From positions 448,001 to 512,000 of the IMG/VR virus record IMGVR_UViG_3300020045_008999: a DNA stretch of 64,000 nucleotides. One strand, 5' to 3'. The stretch's first letter is position 1; each line of letters begins with the position of its first letter. This stretch comes from a virus. Lineage: Duplodnaviria > Heunggongvirae > Uroviricota > Caudoviricetes. The notes below the pieces were generated by a model. That model ran no database searches, was not told the DNA's origin, and saw nothing but the letters and a program-made list of their open reading frames with translations. The translations under genes and the position numbers were made by a program. Positions 50,579 through 59,392 of this stretch are shown piece by piece.

Positions 50579-51336
50579 TAGTTAATTTTTATTTTCAAAT
50601 TCTCTATTACATCATCAATGTTATCAATTAACTCCGCGCACACTACCAAATCATATCGATCCATTGTTAATATTGAATAACAATAATCGTCTAAATAAAA
50701 TACATTATAATATTTAGCAGCACCACTATTATAATGTAATGATATAAAAGAATGGTTGGCGACATGTTCAACCAATCTAACATCAGTATCTATCTCATTT
50801 TCAATCAGACTAAACTCATTCACATCAAACATAATTCGATTACCCATTATCTGATTACAAATCGTATCTATATCGCTTCCATTTTCATATTTACCAAAAT
50901 CATATTTATCAAGTCCTTCACTCACTCTCAACCGGTTGGCAGCCGATTCATATCTATGAATAATTTCATCAATTGCATCATATACATTATCAAAAACTTC
51001 AACATCTACACCTCTACCGGCATATAAATTATATTCCGCAACACCAAATGAATAATCACCAAAATAATATAATTCAATCCCATTACCATGTTCTTCGATC
51101 GCAAGGGAACCTTTACTAATCACAATATAATCATAACTATCATTGGTTTCGGATGAGTCGTAATATGTCACATTTATACTCCTAACAGTTAATTCATTTA
51201 TAACAATTTCAACATCGGCAGCTTCAAATACTATCGCAATACTTCTCATATCTCGATAATTATTACCATTATCATCATTAGAATATTTTTTAACATCATA
51301 TTGATCGAAATCTTCAAATATTTTTATATATTTCAT
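50578..51336 (-). CDS. Family A paralog (2 domains)
   Basis: MKYIKIFEDFDQYD; internal VSEGLDKYDFG; YFGDYSF / YLDDYCY. Confidence 0.75.
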   Translation of the reverse strand: MKYIKIFEDFDQYDVKKYSNDDNGNNYRDMRSIAIVFEAADVEIVINELTVRSINVTYYDSSETNDSYDYIVISKGSLAIEEHGNGIELYYFGDYSFGVAEYNLYAGRGVDVEVFDNVYDAIDEIIHRYESAANRLRVSEGLDKYDFGKYENGSDIDTICNQIMGNRIMFDVNEFSLIENEIDTDVRLVEHVANHSFISLHYNSGAAKYYNVFYLDDYCYSILTMDRYDLVVCAELIDNIDDVIENLKIKIN

Positions 51337-52073
51337 GTGTTAAGTTTATTTTTAAGACTGGATATTAATGCATCTAGACCATCAAAGTTTTCCAGTTCAA
51401 TAACAGTGCGTGCACTACCAACCATGGTAGTTAGGTTATAGCAGTAATCACCCAAATAGCATATCATAAACCCATTACTGATAGATATATGATCCACTTC
51501 ACCACTATTATTAGGAACCCGATAAATATGACACAAGCCAGTTAACTCAGATTTTATTAAGTCGATATCCTCTTGTTCAAAGTTATTTCGTTGTCCCATC
51601 ATCAAATCCCATTCGGTTTCTAAATCAGCACCTGATATTTTAGTAAAGTCATATTTGTCAAAACTTTCATTTATATCTTCATCTGGATCCTCACCATCTT
51701 CATGTTCTATTATTTCAATAATATGCGATATGATACTATCTAAGCCATCAAATGGAATTATAGCCATAACATCATCTGAACTATCATCCATAACAGCTAA
51801 ACAATAACAATAGTCACCCAAAGAATATACGTAATAATACTCCCCCTCATCAACCAACACATCAATGAACATCGATCCAACATTTTTATAGTAATTCTCC
51901 ACCACATCTACATCATCATAGTTTATCGCAGCCTTTATATAAGTTATTTCATCATCAGATAAGTCAATTGCCAATTTAAGCATTTCCAGATATTGCTCTT
52001 CTAAGTCAGTATAGATTGGAACGCCAAAATTATATTGGTCAAAGTTTTCGAATAATTTTATATATTTTCCCAT
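51333..52073 (-). CDS. Family A paralog (2 domains)
   Basis: MGKYIKLFENFDQYNFG; internal INESFDKYDF; LGDYCY twice. Confidence 0.75.
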   Translation of the reverse strand: MGKYIKLFENFDQYNFGVPIYTDLEEQYLEMLKLAIDLSDDEITYIKAAINYDDVDVVENYYKNVGSMFIDVLVDEGEYYYVYSLGDYCYCLAVMDDSSDDVMAIIPFDGLDSIISHIIEIIEHEDGEDPDEDINESFDKYDFTKISGADLETEWDLMMGQRNNFEQEDIDLIKSELTGLCHIYRVPNNSGEVDHISISNGFMICYLGDYCYNLTTMVGSARTVIELENFDGLDALISSLKNKLNT

Positions 52074-53264
52074 TTATCGTTTAATATTACTTTTGTGTAT
52101 ATACCCATTATCCCACTTTTCCAATAATTCAATAAGTATCTCAACAGTAGATTCGAATGTATCAACTGTATATATAGCAATGATATCCGCTGGTTTGCGA
52201 TCCATAACTACCAAACTATAGCAATAATCGCCATGATAATGCATTGAAACACTCAATGGGTAGCTATGATTCAGTCTAATTGTTATGGAATTGGTCAAGG
52301 ATAAATTCGGATATTCTTTAATCACATATTTTTCTTCAAATAATTCATAGATCGATTGTATATCAGCAGCATCCAAATCCTCTATACACTCATATAAACT
52401 TAAATACTCGTGTGTTAAATCACCCTCACGAACACCGAAATCATACTGGTCGAAGTTTTCAAATAATTTCATATCAGTTTTACGAATATCACCACAGTTC
52501 TCTACTATTCCACCATGTGTTTTATCCCATTTTTCCAATATTTCTCTAATAATTTCAACAGTAGATTCAAAAGTATCAACTGTGTGTATAGCAATAATAT
52601 CATTTGACAGATTATTCCAAACCATTAAGCTATAGCAATAATCACCATGATAATACATAGAAACACTAGCTGCGTTATTATATTTCAACTCAAATGAAAT
52701 TGATCTAGTTTGAGCGGCCTTAGGGTACTCTTTAATCAAATATTTTTCACCAAATAATTCATACAAAGATTTAATATCATCATTTTCTAAAAGTACACTA
52801 GAGTCATATAGACCAGAAAATTCAAAAGACAAATCGCCCTCTCTAAGGCCGAAATCATATTGGTCGAATTTTTCAAACATTTTTATATTTTCCCATTTTA
52901 TCATTATTTGTTTAATTAATTCGATTGCATCATCTAAGGTATTCAACTTATGAATAACTAATGCTTCATAATTTTGCTCATCAATTTCAGATACCGAATA
53001 ACAATAATCACCATGATAATAAAGTGTCAAACTTAGGTGATCAATCATGGCAGATGCAATCACCATAGTAGATGTTGGTGTTTTTGTAGGATATTCACTA
53101 ATTACATAATTTCCTAACTCAGAATACACCAAGTGTTTAGCATCTTCGTCAAATGGAATTGATGCATGATATGCATGCATGTATTCCGAGTCATCACCAT
53201 TTACAAAAACAGTTCTTCCAAAATCATATGGGTCAAAGTTTTCAAATAATTTTATATGTTTCAT
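52074..53264 (-). CDS. Family A paralog (3 domains)
   Basis: MKHIKLFENFDPYDFG; internal KMFEKFDQYDFG and KLFENFDQYDFG; YHGDYCYS three times. Confidence 0.8.
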   Translation of the reverse strand: MKHIKLFENFDPYDFGRTVFVNGDDSEYMHAYHASIPFDEDAKHLVYSELGNYVISEYPTKTPTSTMVIASAMIDHLSLTLYYHGDYCYSVSEIDEQNYEALVIHKLNTLDDAIELIKQIMIKWENIKMFEKFDQYDFGLREGDLSFEFSGLYDSSVLLENDDIKSLYELFGEKYLIKEYPKAAQTRSISFELKYNNAASVSMYYHGDYCYSLMVWNNLSNDIIAIHTVDTFESTVEIIREILEKWDKTHGGIVENCGDIRKTDMKLFENFDQYDFGVREGDLTHEYLSLYECIEDLDAADIQSIYELFEEKYVIKEYPNLSLTNSITIRLNHSYPLSVSMHYHGDYCYSLVVMDRKPADIIAIYTVDTFESTVEILIELLEKWDNGYIHKSNIKR

Positions 53265-53632
53265 AATTCTATTTTTTTCAATGCTTCTATAACAGACTCA
53301 ATACCATCTACTATTGTCATTTTAACCGGCCTAGTATGTAACCACTCTTTATATACAACAGCATACACATAATCTCCTAAATAATAAACCGTCACGAAAT
53401 TTTCATGGTTTGTTAGTTTCTCTATTTTAACGCACACTTCACCATTATATGTATTCTTGGTATATACAAATATAGATTTCGTTTCGATATGGGTTTCAAT
53501 TTCCCGATATTCAGCAGTATCAAAATCTTGTACGTTTTTAATCATTTCAGCATATGATGCTGAAATATCATCACCATCATATGTTATAAATTCGTATCGG
53601 TCAAAGTTTTCAAATAATTTTATATGTTCCAT
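53261..53632 (-). CDS. Family A paralog (1 domain)
   Basis: MEHIKLFENFDRYEF, YLGDYVY, IVDGIES. Confidence 0.75.
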   Translation of the reverse strand: MEHIKLFENFDRYEFITYDGDDISASYAEMIKNVQDFDTAEYREIETHIETKSIFVYTKNTYNGEVCVKIEKLTNHENFVTVYYLGDYVYAVVYKEWLHTRPVKMTIVDGIESVIEALKKIEL

Positions 53633-53636
53633 AATT

Positions 53637-54050
53637 CTATTTTTTTCCCCATAAATTTTCGTGCAAACATTTTATTACATCATCAATACCATCACACACA
53701 AACAGTTTAACTATATTCTCACTAATTCGGCGAATACTTTCGGCTTTCTCATTATACATTACACCATATGTATAATCCCCCATATACAAAATATAGACAC
53801 AATTCATAATCCGTGGGCTTATACTTGGTGCAACTATGACACCGGTTATTTCGTTACCCCCAACACACAATATTCTCCGAGGACTTACATAATATTCATC
53901 GCCAAAATCTGCTTTAATAAGATCTATATCATCATAAGATATGTCTATAGCCAATTTACGCATGTCGTCGTATATTACTTCGAGATCTTTATATATTCTA
54001 CCAAAATCATATCTATCAAAGCTTTCATACATTTTTACATACCTACCCAT
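53637..54050 (-). CDS. Family A paralog (1 domain), first gene of the array
   Basis: MGRYVKMYESFDRYDFG, YMGDYTY, VCDGIDD; TTTAATATATA at 54055-54065. Confidence 0.75.
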   Translation of the reverse strand: MGRYVKMYESFDRYDFGRIYKDLEVIYDDMRKLAIDISYDDIDLIKADFGDEYYVSPRRILCVGGNEITGVIVAPSISPRIMNCVYILYMGDYTYGVMYNEKAESIRRISENIVKLFVCDGIDDVIKCLHENLWGKK

Positions 54051-54126
54051 GTTCTATATATTAAAAAAGATTTGGTATATTACATCCAATGCAGTATCTT
54101 TGTATTTGTAATTTAATATATATCAC

Positions 54127-54507
54127 ATGGATTTAGATAAACAATATTCTGAGATTAAAATTAAATTTGATAATGCGCGCAACAAATTGGCTGAGCTCGA
54201 AAATTCGATAAATTTAAAGGATTCCGACTACTTACTGATACGATCCAAAGATTCGGATAACTATTATATATTAGCTCACGCAAAAGACAAATCAACTATG
54301 AAATCCGGAACGAAATCAGTAGTTGCGGATTATATACGAAAATCTGGCATTGACCTTGATAGGATCAACGGCATAGAATTAATTATGCATTACCAACGAC
54401 CAAGAATTAAAAAATACGATCAATTTATAGATACTATAAATGATGCGGTGGATTCATTGGATGATAAGATAAATGACCTAGGATTCGCATTAAAAAATAA
54501 AAAATAA
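54127..54507 (+). CDS. Family C paralog (1 domain)
   Basis: DY...KSGTKSVVADYIRKSGID..I..I.LI; both promoter types upstream. Confidence 0.65.
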   Translation: MDLDKQYSEIKIKFDNARNKLAELENSINLKDSDYLLIRSKDSDNYYILAHAKDKSTMKSGTKSVVADYIRKSGIDLDRINGIELIMHYQRPRIKKYDQFIDTINDAVDSLDDKINDLGFALKNKK

Positions 54508-54511
54508 CACA

Positions 54512-55081
54512 ATGGACCATTTAAAAAAATTTGATGAACTAATTGAGCTTGGCGATAAAAGACACCGTTTAGCAAAAGAATTGAAGAAATCGGTTGAATA
54601 TGAAAAATGTGATTATAGCATTGCTAAAGTGGACTCGATGGCCTATGAAGTAAGGTTTGTGTTAATCCGCAAAAGTGACAAAAAACAATTAACACACGGA
54701 TCTGCTACCGAGGTTAAGAGATACATTGAAAGAATAGGAATCGATCATAATAATATATTTAACATAGACCTAATCGGTATTATAATAGATAAAGTAGAAC
54801 TAGAACCATATAAAAAATTTATAGAATTAGCTGACGAGGGCGCAAAGAAATTTCGCGAACTCAAAGATTCTAAAATGTTTCATGATGCCGATTATGTAGT
54901 AATCAAGGACGGCCTACCTGGTCATTTCAAATTGATTGATACCAAAACCAGTACTATTAAAACATCCGGTACCCCATCTCGTATTCGAAGTTACCTGAAT
55001 CTGAGAAAAATAGACAAATCAGCAGTTTTTAAATACGAATTAATTGAAATTCAAGCTAAGAAACCTAATCAAAACGGTTAG
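54512..55081 (+). CDS. Family C paralog (2 domains)
   Basis: MDHLKKFDE; THGSATEVKRYIERIGID and TSGTPSRIRSYLNLRKID. Confidence 0.65.
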   Translation: MDHLKKFDELIELGDKRHRLAKELKKSVEYEKCDYSIAKVDSMAYEVRFVLIRKSDKKQLTHGSATEVKRYIERIGIDHNNIFNIDLIGIIIDKVELEPYKKFIELADEGAKKFRELKDSKMFHDADYVVIKDGLPGHFKLIDTKTSTIKTSGTPSRIRSYLNLRKIDKSAVFKYELIEIQAKKPNQNG

Positions 55082-55091
55082 ATAACAAAAG

Positions 55092-55122
55092 AAAAAAGAA
55101 GAGTAATATACTCTTCTTTTTT
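55092..55122. terminator. Bidirectional terminator
   Basis: AAAAAAGAAGAGTA-ata-TACTCTTCTTTTTT. Confidence 0.8.
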
Positions 55123-55137
55123 CGTTTATATTAATGA

Positions 55138-56346
55138 TTAAAATAAATCATCTGCATCGAAATCATCTTCGAATCCGTTGTCATCACCATTTATGGCATC
55201 GAATTCATCTTCTACTGCTTCCATTTCATCAATTGATTTGTATCTAAAATATTCGTTAATAAAAGGTTCCATTTTTTGTAATACATCATCAGTCCATATT
55301 TCTTTAGTGAATAGCTGCTTTAAATAAAATGATTTATCCAAATGTCTAACATACCACTTAATTCCACCCGGAACAAATTTCATCTCACCACTACTAGTAT
55401 CCACCGAATATTTTCCCTTTGCGATACCGATTTCTCGGAAGTACTCTGGGCGAGCAAATGCCTCTAAACCACGATATCGGTTCATACCACGTTCGAATGA
55501 TATTTCAAATTTAACTTGCTTAGGCTTAACCTGACGGTTCTTAACGCACTTCGCAGTTACTACAATACCAGAAGAACTTCCGATATCCATATCATCCCCA
55601 TCTTCTTTCAATTTAGCTTTTGTTAAAAAGGTGATATTATTTGCAGAATAGTAAAGTTGACGACCGCCCTTCATCACCATTTGAGAATACGTTTCTAAAG
55701 TTTCGTAAATTTGATTGTTTACCAAAAATGGTATTTCCAAATAGTTGATATCCTCGGTAATAGAAACGAACATCGAACCAATCGCTTTGGCTTTATTACC
55801 TACTTCAGCTTTAATATCACCTTTCATCAAATCATCTTTCATCTTTCTAGAGGACATCTGTCCTAATGAATCAAGTGCCCAAATTTGTTTTGGCATTTCA
55901 CACCCACTCATTTTCGCTTCTTTCATTTCACCAATAAGTGTAGTCAATGTAATATTAAGTTCCTCAACCTGATTACCACGGATTATTATAAATTTATCAG
56001 GTGAATTATCAATACCATATTTAGGCAATTCCGATCGATTAATGGCATGTTCGGTATCAATATATATAACCGAGTAACCCATTTTCTGTGCTTCTCTAAT
56101 GATATTCAATACTAAAAATGTTTTACCGGTTGCCTCTGCTCCACCGAATACTGAAATACCACGAGATCCTACACCACCAAATAATGAACCGGATAAACAG
56201 GCATTCAATATATACGACCCGGTTGGAATATAACTACGAGTACCCATTGATTTATCAATATGGATCGGCACCGTTTTGGCGATGTTGTCTAAAATTGTTG
56301 CTACTTTACTAAATTCGAATTTCTTTGCTTCTACTTTTTTTGCCAT
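55138..56346 (-). CDS. recA: RecA/UvsX-like recombinase
   Basis: PTGS..LN..LSG, Walker A GAEATGKT, YIDTE, LDSLG, NNQIY, MKGG, KNR. Confidence 0.92.
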   Translation of the reverse strand: MAKKVEAKKFEFSKVATILDNIAKTVPIHIDKSMGTRSYIPTGSYILNACLSGSLFGGVGSRGISVFGGAEATGKTFLVLNIIREAQKMGYSVIYIDTEHAINRSELPKYGIDNSPDKFIIIRGNQVEELNITLTTLIGEMKEAKMSGCEMPKQIWALDSLGQMSSRKMKDDLMKGDIKAEVGNKAKAIGSMFVSITEDINYLEIPFLVNNQIYETLETYSQMVMKGGRQLYYSANNITFLTKAKLKEDGDDMDIGSSSGIVVTAKCVKNRQVKPKQVKFEISFERGMNRYRGLEAFARPEYFREIGIAKGKYSVDTSSGEMKFVPGGIKWYVRHLDKSFYLKQLFTKEIWTDDVLQKMEPFINEYFRYKSIDEMEAVEDEFDAINGDDNGFEDDFDADDLF

Positions 56347-56479
56347 TTTTAATTTACTTTTTTATACAGTATATATAAATTTCACGCACCCCCTTTTCAT
56401 CTTTTTCAAAAAAAGATAATAAGACCATCAAACAATGTGAAATAATTAATATATACATATTAAAAAATAATAATCACAC

Positions 56480-57328
56480 ATGACCAAATCAACTTTCCTT
56501 GAAAAGTCCCGATCAATACATGGATATAAGTACACCTATAAAATTGAAACAGATGATATAAAATTCACCGACATAATAACCGTCATATTAGACGAAATTG
56601 AGTATGAACAGCGATGTATCAACCATTTACAGGGAAAATGTCCAGAAAAACTGAACGCTACTAAGACAACGGATCAATTTATTTCGGAATCTAAGGCGGT
56701 GTGGGGACATACTCGCTTTGATTATACTCACACAATTTATACAAATGCGAAAACGCCGGTTAAATTATTAGATACACTTACCGGCCTTACAGTTGAACAA
56801 ATACCAATTATTCATTTGAAGAAAAATATACCGGTGACCATAAATCAATATGATTTCATGGAAATGTCTAAACGAGTTGCTGATTATTCATTAGAATATG
56901 ATCAGTGTATTTATATTAACAAAACCCACAAAGTCAATTTAAAATGTCCAGAACACGGATTATTCTCAGTTGTCCCATTTAATCACCTTAATTATGGATC
57001 TTCTTGCCCACAATGCACTTATAGTGCTGTTTTAAAGGCAATCAAGAAGCCACTTAATAAATTATACATTCAATATATAACACAAAAGAAGTTTATTGGA
57101 TGTGTAGATGAATACCAACTTCCATTTGATATATACATCCCTAGTATTTTATTAGCAATTGATATACAAACTATAAAATCATCTGAGGTAAATCAAATGA
57201 ATATTGTGAAGAATGAATATTGTGAGGAAAATTTCATAGAATATATCCCAATTGACGAAACCACTAATATAAATGATGTACTGAGTGACTATATATTACC
57301 CAAACTCAAATTAATTCATCACATTTAA
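56480..57328 (+). CDS. Homing-endonuclease-like protein (DUF723-type repeats, zinc finger, degenerate Vsr/PD-(D/E)xK C-terminus)
   Basis: FLEKS..IHG.KY.Y repeats, CPEHG.F...P.NHL..G..CPQC, LPFDIYIP, KNEYC. Confidence 0.65.
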   Translation: MTKSTFLEKSRSIHGYKYTYKIETDDIKFTDIITVILDEIEYEQRCINHLQGKCPEKLNATKTTDQFISESKAVWGHTRFDYTHTIYTNAKTPVKLLDTLTGLTVEQIPIIHLKKNIPVTINQYDFMEMSKRVADYSLEYDQCIYINKTHKVNLKCPEHGLFSVVPFNHLNYGSSCPQCTYSAVLKAIKKPLNKLYIQYITQKKFIGCVDEYQLPFDIYIPSILLAIDIQTIKSSEVNQMNIVKNEYCEENFIEYIPIDETTNINDVLSDYILPKLKLIHHI

Positions 57329-57355
57329 TATATAATAAAAGTTATGTATGAAAAA

Positions 57356-57754
57356 ATGAAACATTTGAAACGGTTCAATGAAAATTTAGTAATTATTTTG
57401 CCCGAAGATGGTTCATATACCAAAATAAATAACGATCAATTTATTCAATTTAATAAAAATTATAAAAAAACTACAGATTGCGATATTGTAATTCAAACAG
57501 AAATTAATCGTTTTTTTAAAGCAGCTTCATCTAATGCAATGATGACTTATTCCAAAACAACTGATCCCAATAGAATACGTTTAGGTAATCCAGATGTGTC
57601 GGTAATTAATATAGATTTATACGATGATAACTGGATAATTATTTACTATTATAGAATAGATGGTTTATTAATGGAATTTTATCTATGTGATGGCGAATAT
57701 GGTATAATCCAGTTCACCAATGACTATATTGAAAATAAAAATATTATTATATAA
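57356..57754 (+). CDS. Family B paralog (1 domain), putative head-internal protein
   Basis: MKHLKRFNE, LPEDGSYTKI, DNWI, YLCDGEYG. Confidence 0.75.
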   Translation: MKHLKRFNENLVIILPEDGSYTKINNDQFIQFNKNYKKTTDCDIVIQTEINRFFKAASSNAMMTYSKTTDPNRIRLGNPDVSVINIDLYDDNWIIIYYYRIDGLLMEFYLCDGEYGIIQFTNDYIENKNIII

Positions 57755-57842
57755 AAAAACACATCACAATTATTATAACTATATATTACCAAAACCTAAA
57801 CTGATTAAACATATTTAATATATAACAAAAGCTAAATATGGG

Positions 57843-58580
57843 ATGATATATTTAAAAGGATTCAATGAAAGTTTAGAAAATTTACCACCTGATGGTGGAT
57901 ATTTAAAGTTAAGTTCAAATGAAATGAAAAGTTTCAGAGAACACTACAAAGTGGTAGAATATAATACTACTACTTATGCATATGCGTATAGTATGTTTGA
58001 AGAAAAATGGTTTAAAAAAATTAACCACGAAGACATTTGGTTGGATATTGATCTATTGAGTGATAATTGGATAGATGTCGAAATACAAATACAGTCGGAA
58101 CTAATGTTTTTTTTATGTGATGGTAGTGATGGATTGGAGAAATTATGTGATGACTTTGCTAAATTTATACCAGGAAAATCAATAACATCAGAAATAAACG
58201 AAAATACAACATACTCATTTCCAAATACCGGAAACTATACTAAGTTAAACCCTGATCAATTTGTGGATTTTTCAGACACATACAAACGGATTCATCATTA
58301 TGCGAATAATGTATATCATCCATTAATTGATATTTTTTTCGAAAAAGTAGTAAACGAATTACCCACTAATTCAGTATTAGTAAAAACACCAACTATGGTA
58401 AAATTTAAACAACGAAATCATACTGTAGTCAGTGTGGATTTTTATGAAGATGATTGGGTAGTGTTTAACTATTACAACTTCTTACTAGATAGTGCAATAA
58501 ACTACTATCTATGTGATGGTGAGGACGGTATAATTAAATTTTCAGCAGACTGGGATAAAAATAAACATGACATCAAATGA
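57843..58580 (+). CDS. Family B paralog (2 domains)
   Basis: MIYLKGFNES; internal INEN; LCDG twice. Confidence 0.75.
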   Translation: MIYLKGFNESLENLPPDGGYLKLSSNEMKSFREHYKVVEYNTTTYAYAYSMFEEKWFKKINHEDIWLDIDLLSDNWIDVEIQIQSELMFFLCDGSDGLEKLCDDFAKFIPGKSITSEINENTTYSFPNTGNYTKLNPDQFVDFSDTYKRIHHYANNVYHPLIDIFFEKVVNELPTNSVLVKTPTMVKFKQRNHTVVSVDFYEDDWVVFNYYNFLLDSAINYYLCDGEDGIIKFSADWDKNKHDIK

Positions 58581-59392
58581 AGCATATAATATCATTCGGA
58601 AAATTAAACGAATCCAATCACATTTATTTGCCGGCTGATGGTGATTATAAAGAATTAAATCAATCTGAGTACAATTCTTTTTTAACACAATACCCTACAT
58701 GTAAATTAGATATTACGAACTCTGCTATACTTTTAGATACTTTACAGGCATTAGCTGAAAAATGTGTTGGTGCAGCAATCAGCAATAGAGGTGGTAGTTT
58801 ATCATATAGAATCCAATCTATTACACATTGGATTGACATCGATATGCGAACAGATAACTGGTTTGCAATTGACGCTCAAGTATTATCTGATACATATAAA
58901 TACATATGTGACGGGGAAGACGGGCTTAATAAATTTATTGAAGATTTTACTGGCATTATGCCAATGGTTAAATCAATGCCTATAAAAGAATCATTGAATA
59001 ATGTCTGGCCAGCAGATGGCAAATATTCTAAATTGACCGGTGCCCAATATATTGAATTCAAAGGGTTATGTACTTACCAGTATGAAAAAGATTCAAATAA
59101 ATTAATAGTTGATTCTATTAGTTTCATTTCTAAATTGTTTTCAGATGAAAATTGTAGAATTAACCCAACAAGAAGAAGCATTGTTTTTGATACACAATAC
59201 AAATCAATGAAAATATATGGTGTGCCACATGTGGATTCTTGGTTCATATTTAGGATCATGACATTTGACACCAACCACCCAGGTAATATAGGGGCAGGTC
59301 AACCCACATCCATAGACTTATACCTATGTGATGGTGAAGACGGTGTAACTGAATTTTTGAAAGATTGTAGAGAAATAATAGAAAATACATAA
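58577..59392 (+). CDS. Family B paralog (2 domains)
   Basis: MKHIISFGKLNES; internal IKES; CDGEDG twice. Confidence 0.75.
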   Translation: MKHIISFGKLNESNHIYLPADGDYKELNQSEYNSFLTQYPTCKLDITNSAILLDTLQALAEKCVGAAISNRGGSLSYRIQSITHWIDIDMRTDNWFAIDAQVLSDTYKYICDGEDGLNKFIEDFTGIMPMVKSMPIKESLNNVWPADGKYSKLTGAQYIEFKGLCTYQYEKDSNKLIVDSISFISKLFSDENCRINPTRRSIVFDTQYKSMKIYGVPHVDSWFIFRIMTFDTNHPGNIGAGQPTSIDLYLCDGEDGVTEFLKDCREIIENT

